Below, one piece after another: positions 10,180 through 19,369 of a DNA stretch of 64,000 bases. The notes beneath the pieces are model-generated. The model was not told the DNA's origin. It was given only the letters and a program-made list of their open reading frames with translations, and did not search any database. A program made the translations under genes and the position numbers. Positions within the stretch are counted from its first letter, which is position 1. Every line of letters begins with the position of its first letter. Source of the stretch: a virus; UHGV virus genome UHGV-1558314; one strand, 5' to 3'.

Positions 10180-10926
10180 TCAAATCATTCTGTTATCACT
10201 AACTGCAAAGTTGATATTGTTGTCTTTCAGATATTGCATGTACATTGCAAATACTTGTTCTGCTGTCATTTTGTTGTACTTTGATGATGGTATGAAAATT
10301 GCTTTCGACCAGTTCTCATAAGTTATTTCAATCAAACCTGTAATGCGTTCTGGAATGTATTCACGAAATGCAAACGCGCCGCCATATGGCTGTACAATTG
10401 GCGCGATTTTGTGCCAATCAACAAACACAGGTGTTTGTTCTGTTCTATAAAGCTCGCCTTTATATTTTGATGCAAATGCTCTAAAAATTGCTTCTGCAAT
10501 CACAAAGCGAACTTCAAGTGGCACAAAGTGTAAGCTTAAGCCAACAGAACGCCATTCACCAGATTGTGTGTAAAAGCCGCCCATACAAAAACATAGGGGC
10601 GTTTCGTCCCACACTGCAAGCCAATCTTTTGTTTTAGGGTCACTGTATACAAACATATACAGCTTCCCAGGCTCCATGTACTTTCTGCGAATCTGCACAT
10701 CAGGATTCGTAGCATATGATTTGAACCATGCAGCAGCTTCTCTACCACCGTTTGGCATTTTGTACCACGGATTGCTTCGAATTTCTTTGCCAAGGTCATA
10801 TTGACCAGACTTTACCAAACGATTGAATAATCGTTGTGCTGCAGTCAATATTGAACGTCCTACTGACTTCGCTTTGTCAATAAAAGACGTTTTTGCTTGT
10901 GTATCTAATGAATTAAACTTTGCCAT
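10180..10926 (-). CDS. Hypothetical protein (248 aa)
   Basis: Intact ORF with ATG start; no recognisable motifs. Confidence 0.4.
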   Translation of the reverse strand: MAKFNSLDTQAKTSFIDKAKSVGRSILTAAQRLFNRLVKSGQYDLGKEIRSNPWYKMPNGGREAAAWFKSYATNPDVQIRRKYMEPGKLYMFVYSDPKTKDWLAVWDETPLCFCMGGFYTQSGEWRSVGLSLHFVPLEVRFVIAEAIFRAFASKYKGELYRTEQTPVFVDWHKIAPIVQPYGGAFAFREYIPERITGLIEITYENWSKAIFIPSSKYNKMTAEQVFAMYMQYLKDNNINFAVSDNRMI

Positions 10927-11073
10927 ATCATCATCGTTTCGGCTTTGTGACTACGTGCCAAGCATTGCATTCTTGACACCACACAGCTCTCTTTGTTTGT
11001 TTAGCATTTAGCACTGCTTGCTTAGCTACTTCTGCATTTGCAGCAATCTTATCATAGCATTTCTTTGTGCAAC

Positions 11074-11514
11074 TCATTTGAAGAATCGTTCAGTTATGAT
11101 TTTGAACTTAACATTTTGTTGTTTGCAATATGCAATTGCGGCATTCCACTTTGCGACATTTTTGCAATATGTTTCTTTCGCATAATTTGACGCAGACCGA
11201 CTTGGGCATTGCGTTTCATGCCATGGTTTCACCTCAACGACATATGTAGAATCTGCGGTTTTGAACAAAAAGTCGGGCCAATATGTGTGCGTTACGCCAT
11301 CAAGCTCATATGCAATTGGCAGTGTCTCAGATGACCAAGCAAGAACCTTTGAACTCATATCGCAAAGCTTGCAAAATCTGAATTCAAGTGAACTGCGGTA
11401 TATGATTGTCTTGTCTGTCGCGTCTTTGCCTTTGTACTTATCTGGGTTCATGCATCTGTAGTAGCCTTGCTTGTAGGGCCCTGATTTGTTTGGCTTAAGT
11501 TGCTTAATGTTCAT
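11074..11514 (-). CDS. Small PD-(D/E)XK-like nuclease family protein
   Basis: WPDFLFKTADSTYVVEVKP resembles the nuclease motif of 9054..10172; ATG at 11512-11514 chosen over GTG at 11523. Confidence 0.4.
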   Translation of the reverse strand: MNIKQLKPNKSGPYKQGYYRCMNPDKYKGKDATDKTIIYRSSLEFRFCKLCDMSSKVLAWSSETLPIAYELDGVTHTYWPDFLFKTADSTYVVEVKPWHETQCPSRSASNYAKETYCKNVAKWNAAIAYCKQQNVKFKIITERFFK

Positions 11515-11519
11515 TGCAG

Positions 11520-11765
11520 TCACTCATTGTCAGGTTTGACGTCTTTGCAGCCAAACTTATGCACAGCGTATTCAAGACCAAGTTGTTGCAATTCTGCAAA
11601 TGTCTTATCTTGCACATATTCTTTTGGAAATCTGCCATGCCATTTACCTATCATAGGCGCACATTCTGAACACATTCGAGGCATATTCTGTAAACGTGCA
11701 GACCAATAATAGCCAAGCGCAGTGTTTTCAATTGCGCCACACTTTTCACATACAAATAAAGGCAT
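11520..11765 (-). CDS. Zinc-ribbon protein (about 81 aa)
   Basis: CEKCG...CSEC Cys pairs; start set to internal ATG at 11763-11765 to avoid 65-nt overlap with upstream gene. Confidence 0.35.
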   Translation of the reverse strand: MPLFVCEKCGAIENTALGYYWSARLQNMPRMCSECAPMIGKWHGRFPKEYVQDKTFAELQQLGLEYAVHKFGCKDVKPDNE

Positions 11766-11769
11766 AATA

Positions 11770-13149
11770 TTAGCTATTAACTTCCCACATATTGTCAATA
11801 TCAAGTACAGGCCACATTCTACGTTGAAGCTCAACTGTTTGTGACAGTTTGCCTGACTTTGTGTAGTTCCATTTCAATGCAGTGCTTATGTATTTGCCGC
11901 TCAATCGCAAATTCTTTGCATTTTGAGATACACTTGGCTGTCGCTTTGGCGAATCTGTAGCCTTTTCATCAGGTTTTGTTGGCTCTTCAAGCTTGTTCTT
12001 GATTGACCATATCTCAACGTTTAGTGTTTTGAATGCATATAGCTGGTTCAGTGTTCGTTGTAATGTGCATGACAAAATTACTCTATCAAGCATGCCTTGA
12101 GACCAATCATACATTGCAGCAGCTTCATAAAAATGCTCATGCACATTTGAGTGGTCTGGGTCTCGTTTAGCAAGTTGAATTGCAGTTTGCTCTGTATAAT
12201 CTGCAAAAGTGTCCCAAATCTTATCTGTAGATTCTTGTTTGATGACAGGCTGAGACGTCTGCACATTTATGCTTTGTTCACCCAAATTATGCTGCATTGA
12301 CACAACATTGACTGCCGATGGCCTACGCATAGACGCTGAATTGTATGTCATGCCATATTTTGTGAATCTTGACATCCAATTTTCACCATTGACATTGTTA
12401 TTCAAGATGAGCTTTTGCGGCTTTGGCAATTCTTTGCCATCAATGTTGTCAATTGTTATTGTGTCATCAAGCGGAGTCTCTTCCATTTCTGCAAACACAT
12501 CAACAATCGTCAAACGATACCAAGGGTCAATGAATGCTTTGACAACTTTGTTTTTGCCAAGCCACATATGTCGTAATACATGACGCCTAATGAAGCTTAG
12601 ATATGTTTCATTGCATTGCAGCCATGTCATTTTGTCATCTGTGCCATCGATATTTGTGACAAGGCCAAGACCTGTATCTTCGCAAATCTTCTTGATGACA
12701 TCAATGCTTGTCATGTCATCAAATGATTGAACCATTGTTTGCTTCAATGCATCATCAACAAACAAATGCGCAGAAATTCGAATGTTGCCATTGTCTTGTT
12801 CTGCATTATCAATCAAAAAGTCAGCTTTGATGACCTTGAATTCTGTGTCAGCAGTATTGCCAATGTAAAGTGTTGCAATGTCGTGTACAAGTGGAAAGTC
12901 ATTGAACATAAAGTTTGCATTGTCATTAAATGACAACTCAAATTGTGGCAAAAAGTCCTTGCCATATGACAGCTCAAAGTACTGAATTGACCCAAAGGGC
13001 ACATTCGTGTTGCACACATACACAAGTGGCACAAGTTTACCTGCAGACTTCAGCACAGATTTTGTCGAGTCTTCATTGACAGGGTCATAATTGACCATTA
13101 TGTCTCGCACTTCATCAATCAAAGTGCCCTTCAGAACTTCTTTGAGCAT
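11770..13149 (-). CDS. Hypothetical protein (459 aa)
   Basis: Long intact ORF, ATG start, TAA stop; no recognisable motifs. Confidence 0.45.
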   Translation of the reverse strand: MLKEVLKGTLIDEVRDIMVNYDPVNEDSTKSVLKSAGKLVPLVYVCNTNVPFGSIQYFELSYGKDFLPQFELSFNDNANFMFNDFPLVHDIATLYIGNTADTEFKVIKADFLIDNAEQDNGNIRISAHLFVDDALKQTMVQSFDDMTSIDVIKKICEDTGLGLVTNIDGTDDKMTWLQCNETYLSFIRRHVLRHMWLGKNKVVKAFIDPWYRLTIVDVFAEMEETPLDDTITIDNIDGKELPKPQKLILNNNVNGENWMSRFTKYGMTYNSASMRRPSAVNVVSMQHNLGEQSINVQTSQPVIKQESTDKIWDTFADYTEQTAIQLAKRDPDHSNVHEHFYEAAAMYDWSQGMLDRVILSCTLQRTLNQLYAFKTLNVEIWSIKNKLEEPTKPDEKATDSPKRQPSVSQNAKNLRLSGKYISTALKWNYTKSGKLSQTVELQRRMWPVLDIDNMWEVNS

Positions 13150-13150
13150 A

Positions 13151-13615
13151 TCAAAAGATGATTTTGCCTGCTTGCTGATTGATAATTACATGTGATGTGC
13201 TTCGCCTGTTTGCAACAATTGATGCATTTGACGCTTGTGCTTCAACTTTATCAGTTGTAGTTTTGTTGACTGTTTGCGGAACCGTTTTTGCATCTGCATT
13301 CTGCTTGTATGTCAGCACTGTTATGGCATCATATACAGAAGTCTCAGGCACAAGTAAGATGTCATCAGGCTCAAAATCAAAGGGCGATTTGCGATTATTG
13401 AATGTCATCAATTGCTCAATGCCACGTTTATGCGCATACACATATTCAGATAAGCCAATGGGATTTGCTGCATACACAGGATGCACAAGAGCAACGCCAC
13501 CAACGCCTACTGTGTCAAATTGTCTTGATTGTGTAGCTGTTATGCGTTCATCTGAGTGCAATGTAACATTGTCAAGCAATGGCATTGCAATATCATCATA
13601 ATTATCTGTGACCAT
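13151..13615 (-). CDS. Hypothetical protein
   Basis: ORF track start at 13639 is TTG; first ATG at 13613-13615 used. Confidence 0.35.
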   Translation of the reverse strand: MVTDNYDDIAMPLLDNVTLHSDERITATQSRQFDTVGVGGVALVHPVYAANPIGLSEYVYAHKRGIEQLMTFNNRKSPFDFEPDDILLVPETSVYDAITVLTYKQNADAKTVPQTVNKTTTDKVEAQASNASIVANRRSTSHVIINQQAGKIIF

Positions 13616-13850
13616 TGTTGTGATGATGTTTATGTTCAATCAAAATGAGTGTGCCTGCTTGCAATTTGAACAACTCTTGCATAACATGCATTTGCAAACC
13701 ATATTGAGTATGATGTTGTCTGTTTGCTTCAATGTCTTTTGCAAGCCATGCTTCTGATTCAGAACTTGTTGTCAAGTAGCATGACAGCGTCATTGTACTG
13801 CAGCCAATGCAACATAGTACACACATAAATGCAACAATGAGCTTTGCCAT
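13602..13850 (-). CDS. Small protein with N-terminal hydrophobic signal-like segment (82 aa)
   Basis: MAKLIVAFMCVLCCIGCS hydrophobic N-terminus; tight spacing after upstream gene stop at 13857. Confidence 0.3.
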   Translation of the reverse strand: MAKLIVAFMCVLCCIGCSTMTLSCYLTTSSESEAWLAKDIEANRQHHTQYGLQMHVMQELFKLQAGTLILIEHKHHHNNGHR

Positions 13851-13856
13851 GACAAT

Positions 13857-14480
13857 TTACGCTTTGTTGATTTCAGATGGCATTCTGAACTTGATGTCAT
13901 TGTACACAAATGTCAATGTGAATGTCATCACGTTCTGGTCTACACGAGTTTTGTCATATGTGAGTTCAGAAATTGCAGAAAACACGACATCAATGAAGTC
14001 GATGCCAAACAATGGTTTCTTTGCACCACCATATGTTGCTACAAATCTGCAAGGCTGAAAGTAGATAGTTTCACGTTTATCATTAGCGTACACAAACAGC
14101 GACTCCAAGCAACAAAAATAATTGAGCCCACCATTCGTCAATCTGCATGTCACTTGGATTCGCTTATCAAGTGCTTGATGAATTGTTTTGCTGCCCTTAT
14201 GAAACTGTGTAATCGACTTCTTCATGCCGCTGTCATCAAGAACTTTATTGACATTTTGAGTGACAATGGGCATTGATATGCCCATCAATGACACAGACTG
14301 AATTGAATCATGCAACAAGTCATTGATGTCATAAATGATTTGTGTTGGTTGTTGCACAAACACTTTATTGTATGTCTCAGCAATGTCTTGCGGAATCAAA
14401 TCAATTGGCAAGTCAAAGCGAAACTGGTCAGAACGTGTATCGAGAATGAGCATATTTTTGATAATTTGTTTATGTACCAT
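13857..14480 (-). CDS. Hypothetical protein (207 aa)
   Basis: Intact ORF; no recognisable motifs. Confidence 0.4.
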   Translation of the reverse strand: MVHKQIIKNMLILDTRSDQFRFDLPIDLIPQDIAETYNKVFVQQPTQIIYDINDLLHDSIQSVSLMGISMPIVTQNVNKVLDDSGMKKSITQFHKGSKTIHQALDKRIQVTCRLTNGGLNYFCCLESLFVYANDKRETIYFQPCRFVATYGGAKKPLFGIDFIDVVFSAISELTYDKTRVDQNVMTFTLTFVYNDIKFRMPSEINKA

Positions 14481-15736
14481 TAACTGTCATACGACCAGTG
14501 ACCACAGTCATACACTGGCACAAATCCAGTGTCAAGCATTTCTTGCTCATTAAAGTCATCATCAAGCAAGTGTTCACCCGATTTTGTATTAACCCAGTGC
14601 TTCTTAATTGTGCATTCATCAACCGCAAAGGGATTAAGTACATTGTCAGTACAGTCAATGAACGCATCATTCAAATGCGCTTCAATGATATGAAGCACAA
14701 TTTCTTGGTCGTGCCAATCAAATATCATGAGTGGCGTGTAGCCACATGCAATTGCAAGTTGTTGCTTCCACCAATGATAGTTTGGCTATTTTGCTTCTGC
14801 AGCATTTCGTTTAAAGCCATACACGCTATTATGAGTATGCGTCGGGTTAACGTCAATTAGCAGATTGCCATAATACAGGTCATATGACGTTATGCCAACA
14901 CCATGTTCAAACTCAAAATGCACACCAAGATGTTCTTCAATGTATGATTGCCACCATCTGTTTGGCGCAGATATGATTTGCCCATTTGCTTGCATACATT
15001 TATTTGTCATGCAAAACCATGGCACACCGTAACGTTCCATACAGGTTTTTGAAATTGCAGCAAGCCATTCATCTTTGTCTCTATGCGGCCATGCATAACC
15101 ATAACGCAGACGGCATGTTTGTTGAGCTTTAGCAACGATTGGCGCTAAACGTTCACCGTATATTTCACGTTTAGTTGCGATGGCTTTGCGTGGATTAGTC
15201 CATCCAGCATCACCCCATCGCTCAAGCTTCGTTTGCTGAGATTTTTCAACAATCAGTTCAAGATTCTCACCATATTTTTGACGACGAGTTTGCATTGCTG
15301 CAACATAATCTGTAATGCATCTATGGCCATACAAACGTTCTTTTGTCGCACATTGAACATCTACTGGACCTTGTGGATAGCCATAGCGTTCCATATTCGT
15401 TTGACGAATATGTGCTTTATCGCCATATGAACTGCCGTAGCGTGCAACTTTAGTGGCAATTGTTTGCTTGATGTTGCCTGCTTTAGAACCATAACGAGCT
15501 TCTTTAGTTGCTACGCATTTTTGTTTGACTTCTGCTCTGTTCCAATTATGCTCAACGCCATGTTTACGAAGATGGCCAATTTTCATGTTGTACACGTTTT
15601 TGATATGACCATGAGATGTCTTACGTGGTGCATATCGTACAAATGGTGTTTCTGCAAGCAACTTATCTCGTTCAGCTTCAAGCTCTTTAATTCGAGCTTC
15701 AAGAGCTTCACCAGTCAAAGGCTCTACATGTTTCAT
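14480..15736 (-). pseudogene. Homing-endonuclease-like repeat protein paralog interrupted by a single in-frame TAG
   Basis: ORFs 14786..15736 and 14480..14728 are in the same frame, separated by an in-frame TAG (plus-strand cta at 14786-14788). The combined product aligns along its length with the intact paralog 22976..24175 (shared N-terminal coiled coil, xRYG repeats, C-terminal FDW...YDCGH). Confidence 0.55.
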
Positions 15737-16221
15737 TCGTGTTTGCCAGTTTGAAATAACGAATCAATTGGGATGTGAATACCAGGTTTGGATTGAATGT
15801 TCCATCCGCGCGCCAAACCATTAAGTACGCAGCTCGTAAGGTAAGAAAACGCGTTTTGAGTTACTGTTGGGTCAAACATTTGCCACTTTGACGCCAAAAT
15901 TAGCATGGCTTCTGCTGCGACATCTGCTTGCAAGTCTTTGTCTCTGTAGTATAAACGTCTCTGCACATGTTTGATAAGCAACTCAAACATGTGTATAAGT
16001 TTATCTGACAGCTGCCCAGATACTTTGCATGCGCATATTTCTGCACAAAGTTCTTTGTTGTTAATGTAATAGTTTGATGGCTGACCACGTTTCTTTGTGT
16101 TTGCTGCTTCTTCACGAAGTTGGTCTTCAAGCTGTGTCAACATGTCATCATCTGACACATATTGAATATGCTTATCTTCTGGCAGTTTAGATTCTATTGG
16201 TTGTAAGTTTTGCAGTGGCAT
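15733..16221 (-). CDS. T4 gp55-like late sigma factor
   Basis: NYYINNKEL and FDPTVTQNAFSYLTSCVLN resemble recalled gp55 (NYVNNKEL; FDETKYKNPHAYITQACFN). Start placed at ATG 16219-16221 downstream of promoter box; stop overlaps start of 14480..15736 (ATGA). Confidence 0.5.
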   Translation of the reverse strand: MPLQNLQPIESKLPEDKHIQYVSDDDMLTQLEDQLREEAANTKKRGQPSNYYINNKELCAEICACKVSGQLSDKLIHMFELLIKHVQRRLYYRDKDLQADVAAEAMLILASKWQMFDPTVTQNAFSYLTSCVLNGLARGWNIQSKPGIHIPIDSLFQTGKHE

Positions 16222-16250
16222 AACAGTGAGCATTAAAATTCCTATATAAA

Positions 16251-16262
16251 TTGTACAACATG
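16251..16262 (-). promoter_or_regulatory. TTGTACAA promoter box upstream of gp55-like gene
   Basis: ttgtacaaca at 16251-16260, about 34 nt upstream of ATG 16221. Confidence 0.4.
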
Positions 16263-16287
16263 CAAAATGTTTTTGCACCATTTTGAT

Positions 16288-16356
16288 ACAACATGCATTG
16301 CATATTTGCAATGATGCAAAGTACGATGTACACAACATGCATTGCATATTTGCAAT
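16288..16356. repeat. Two direct copies of a 25-bp element
   Basis: acaacatgcattgcatatttgcaat at 16288-16312 and 16332-16356, between a terminator and the promoter box. Confidence 0.6.
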
Positions 16357-16357
16357 C

Positions 16358-16392
16358 ATAAAAAAGCTCAGCCAATTACGGCTGAGCTTTCA
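16358..16392 (-). terminator. Putative intrinsic terminator after 16438..17727
   Basis: Stem aagctcagcc/ggctgagctt (16364-16389) preceded on plus strand by A5, giving a T-run on minus strand. Confidence 0.5.
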
Positions 16393-16437
16393 TTGAGATG
16401 CAACTTTTACGTTGACAGCAAACCTAACTATGTTCGG

Positions 16438-17727
16438 TTATTCTTTTGGCAGAAGTTCAGCAATGCGTGACTGCAATTGCTCTTTCTGCTTCAAATAGCT
16501 GTCAAGAATTTGCTGATGAGCTGCATAGCCCTCTGATGTTGGGTCCATACTCTGCATTGTGACTTGAACTGCAGCAATGTCTGATTCGACATTGTTGAGC
16601 ACTGTCTGATATGCGTCGACTTGTGCAGATGCACGAATTGCAGCTTTCATTGCAGTGTCATAATGTTCGCGCCACATTGACTTGATGCATTCGATTTCTG
16701 GTGTGCTTACAGAAATTGACTGCAATGCTGCAATGAGTGCAACAATGCCGCCGTATACTGTAATGACGCCAGACTGAGTGTCAAGCATGTTGAAGTGATT
16801 GCCATCAACTGCGTATACAATGATAGGCGCAGATTGCAGCTTGACTGAATTGTCGAGAACTGCAAGCTTTGTGAACTGCTGCGCTACTGTAATGACTGCA
16901 TTGCAAATTGCCTCTGCAGTCTCAAATTCGCCTGCAACTTGCATGCTAACTTGATTGAGTTGCATATAAGTCTTGACTTTCTCAGCGAATTCAAGTGCAG
17001 TCATAACTTGCGAATCAAGCTCAACTGCATCTTGGCCAACAATGCGAACATGGCCGACAATTGTGTCAGCAAAGAATGCTTCAGTCTTTGGACAATACTG
17101 AACAAGAGACATCGCATCCATCAATGCAACAGATTCTGCAGATGGCTCAGATGCTGTAGCATACAGCAAATTACCATCAGATACAGTGAACCACTTGCCA
17201 ACTACAGGCAGACCCATGATGTCGCCTTCAATAATTGCAAGCACATGCTGGCAATCACCTGTAGCAATGATGTGCTCAGGATTTGCTGCATAGTAGATGT
17301 CTTTTGCCTGCTTAATGAGCGACTTCACCTCAGGGTACATGTCATAATTGTCAAGCACGCCATCAACTGCAATTGCTCGAATGATTGGCTCATCAGTTGA
17401 TGCAACATCTACTGCATCTTCGATTGCTGACGCAGCCCTTTGCATATTTGCAGAGCCATCACTCATCAAATCTTCCATGACAAGTGACGCCTTGAAACCA
17501 AAGCCATCTGCGCCAATTGCTGCTTTCTGTGATTTTGCAAATGCGCGTACAGCAGCATCTTTGCTATTTGCAGCGCTTTCCAAAATCATTGCAGCTTTTC
17601 GAAGAGTCAGACCAGACTTTTTGATTTGTGCAAGTGACTCATTGACAAAGTTTGCACCGCCAAAAGTCAATGCTTTGATGCCTTTGATACCTTGAACAAA
17701 TGCATCAACGTTTACAGTATGTTTCAT
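16438..17727 (-). CDS. Hypothetical protein (429 aa), possibly structural
   Basis: Intact ORF adjacent to Ig-like domain protein; no recognisable motifs. Confidence 0.4.
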   Translation of the reverse strand: MKHTVNVDAFVQGIKGIKALTFGGANFVNESLAQIKKSGLTLRKAAMILESAANSKDAAVRAFAKSQKAAIGADGFGFKASLVMEDLMSDGSANMQRAASAIEDAVDVASTDEPIIRAIAVDGVLDNYDMYPEVKSLIKQAKDIYYAANPEHIIATGDCQHVLAIIEGDIMGLPVVGKWFTVSDGNLLYATASEPSAESVALMDAMSLVQYCPKTEAFFADTIVGHVRIVGQDAVELDSQVMTALEFAEKVKTYMQLNQVSMQVAGEFETAEAICNAVITVAQQFTKLAVLDNSVKLQSAPIIVYAVDGNHFNMLDTQSGVITVYGGIVALIAALQSISVSTPEIECIKSMWREHYDTAMKAAIRASAQVDAYQTVLNNVESDIAAVQVTMQSMDPTSEGYAAHQQILDSYLKQKEQLQSRIAELLPKE

Positions 17728-17734
17728 AGTCTAC

Positions 17735-19225
17735 TTATGCCTTTTTAGATTTACGCTTTGCAGCAACTACGACTTCTGCTACGATAGCTTCTACAGTAGC
17801 TTCAGTTACAACAGACTTGTCTGCAACTTTTACAAGAGCTGCATGCAACTTGTAGTTGCCGACTTTGCTGAAAATGCACTTGAATTCTGTTGTTGCATTG
17901 TATTCTGCAGGTACTGCAAAACCACTGTCAGGACCCCATACACCACTATCTTCGAATGTCCAAGGCTGACCCTGTGAATCTGTTGCAGTGAATGTCACAT
18001 GACCATCTTCAGGTGCTTCTACAATTTCATATTGCAGCTGAACGCCATCAACACCAGCTGTGCCAACTACTTCAGTTGCAAGTGTTGCATTGATTGCAAC
18101 TTCTGTTGCAGGCTGAATGCTTGCAGGGACATCTACAGAAATCTTGTATTCTGATACTTCAGGCTGAACTGGCTCAGCAACAACTACTGTAGACTCTGTT
18201 TCAACAACTACACTGTCATCAGCAACCTTGGCAAGAACTGCATGCAATTTGTATGTGCCTGCCTTGCTAAAGATTACAGTGAACTTTGTAGTTGCATTGT
18301 ATTCTGCTGGAATGTCAAAGCCTACTGCAGGACCCCATGTGCCATTGTCGACAAACGTGTATTCCTCGCCAGTTGTGTCAGTAGCCTTGAATGTCACATG
18401 GCCATCTTCAGGTGCTTCGTCTACACCATAGCGGAACTGAACTTTGTCAACACCGACATCACCAACAGTCTTCGTTTTGAATGTTGCATCAAGCTCAACT
18501 TCAGTGTTTTCGATGATTGTTTCAGGCGCAGACATTTCAAACTCATACTCAGATACTGTTTGCACAGCTTGTTCAAGTTTGATGTTCTTTGTCTTGTTTG
18601 AAATCATAGTTTCACGACCAGCCTGGCTAACGTAGCCCTCTTTAGACACTTCCCAGACAATTTCTTCGCCTGACAAAACAGTCAACGAATTGCGAACTTC
18701 ACCATTCATCTTGACAACTGCATCTGCAGGTTCTACATTGATTGTCAGTGTAGCTTTGCTGAGCTCAACAAGCTCCACTACTTGAATGACATCATGGTTT
18801 GTGAGCGTGATTGTGCCCTCCTGAGATTCATAGCCCTCTTTCGACACTTCCCACTTAATTGGAATGCCTGCAGGCACATTCTCAAGCATCTTTGTAGCCT
18901 CACCATTGATTTCTACGTGAGCATCTTCAGGCACAGGCTGAATTGTGATGCTGAACTTATCTTTGCCAGGTTCAGGGTCTGGTCCTGGTCCTGGGTCATC
19001 ACCAGTAATTGCAGGGATGATAGTGTTTTCGATGACTTTCTGAGCTTCTGCAGTTGTGCCATAGAATTTGAGCGTTTTCTTGGCTTCTTCTACAGACATT
19101 TTCTCAAGATTGTCTGCAAGATATGTCAGACCAGTGACTGCAGCAATTTTCTGCCGCATTTCTGGGCTAATGACTACACCAGTAGATTTGACTACTGGAG
19201 CAGCTTGTTTTTGTTTCTTTGCCAT
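17735..19225 (-). CDS. Protein with tandem Ig-like repeat domains; possible capsid decoration (Hoc-like) protein
   Basis: Two ~85-aa internal repeats (PEDGHVTFKATDTTGEEYTF...YKLHAVLAKVADDSVV and PEDGHVTFTATDSQGQPWTF...YKLHAALVKVADKSVV). Start set to internal ATG (MAKKQKQ); the track start would lie inside the upstream terminator. Confidence 0.45.
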   Translation of the reverse strand: MAKKQKQAAPVVKSTGVVISPEMRQKIAAVTGLTYLADNLEKMSVEEAKKTLKFYGTTAEAQKVIENTIIPAITGDDPGPGPDPEPGKDKFSITIQPVPEDAHVEINGEATKMLENVPAGIPIKWEVSKEGYESQEGTITLTNHDVIQVVELVELSKATLTINVEPADAVVKMNGEVRNSLTVLSGEEIVWEVSKEGYVSQAGRETMISNKTKNIKLEQAVQTVSEYEFEMSAPETIIENTEVELDATFKTKTVGDVGVDKVQFRYGVDEAPEDGHVTFKATDTTGEEYTFVDNGTWGPAVGFDIPAEYNATTKFTVIFSKAGTYKLHAVLAKVADDSVVVETESTVVVAEPVQPEVSEYKISVDVPASIQPATEVAINATLATEVVGTAGVDGVQLQYEIVEAPEDGHVTFTATDSQGQPWTFEDSGVWGPDSGFAVPAEYNATTEFKCIFSKVGNYKLHAALVKVADKSVVTEATVEAIVAEVVVAAKRKSKKA

Positions 19226-19316
19226 AAGATATTGTGAATTTGGTTGTTTATTCTTAACAAAATATGTACATACAGATGCAACAGATGATATGTCAGATAC
19301 ACAAAGCTGCATAAAA

Positions 19317-19354
19317 TGACCAGACTTGCAAATAAATTTAAGCAAGTCTGGTCA
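19317..19354 (-). terminator. Putative intrinsic terminator after DNA polymerase C-terminal gene
   Basis: 13-bp stem tgaccagacttgc/gcaagtctggtca with AT-rich loop; T-run follows on minus strand. Confidence 0.45.
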
Positions 19355-19369
19355 TCAGTTTTGATTGCA

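Noticed and set aside
13602-13850. Lipoprotein call for the small protein with LCCIGC
   Set aside because: The residues before the Cys do not fit a canonical lipobox, so only a generic signal-like N-terminus is claimed.
14786-14788. Stop-codon reassignment (TAG read as sense) as the explanation for the interrupted homing-endonuclease-like gene
   Set aside because: TAG terminates the polymerase C-terminal gene (19370-19372) just before a terminator hairpin, and no other long gene needs read-through; an isolated pseudogene or sequence error is more parsimonious.
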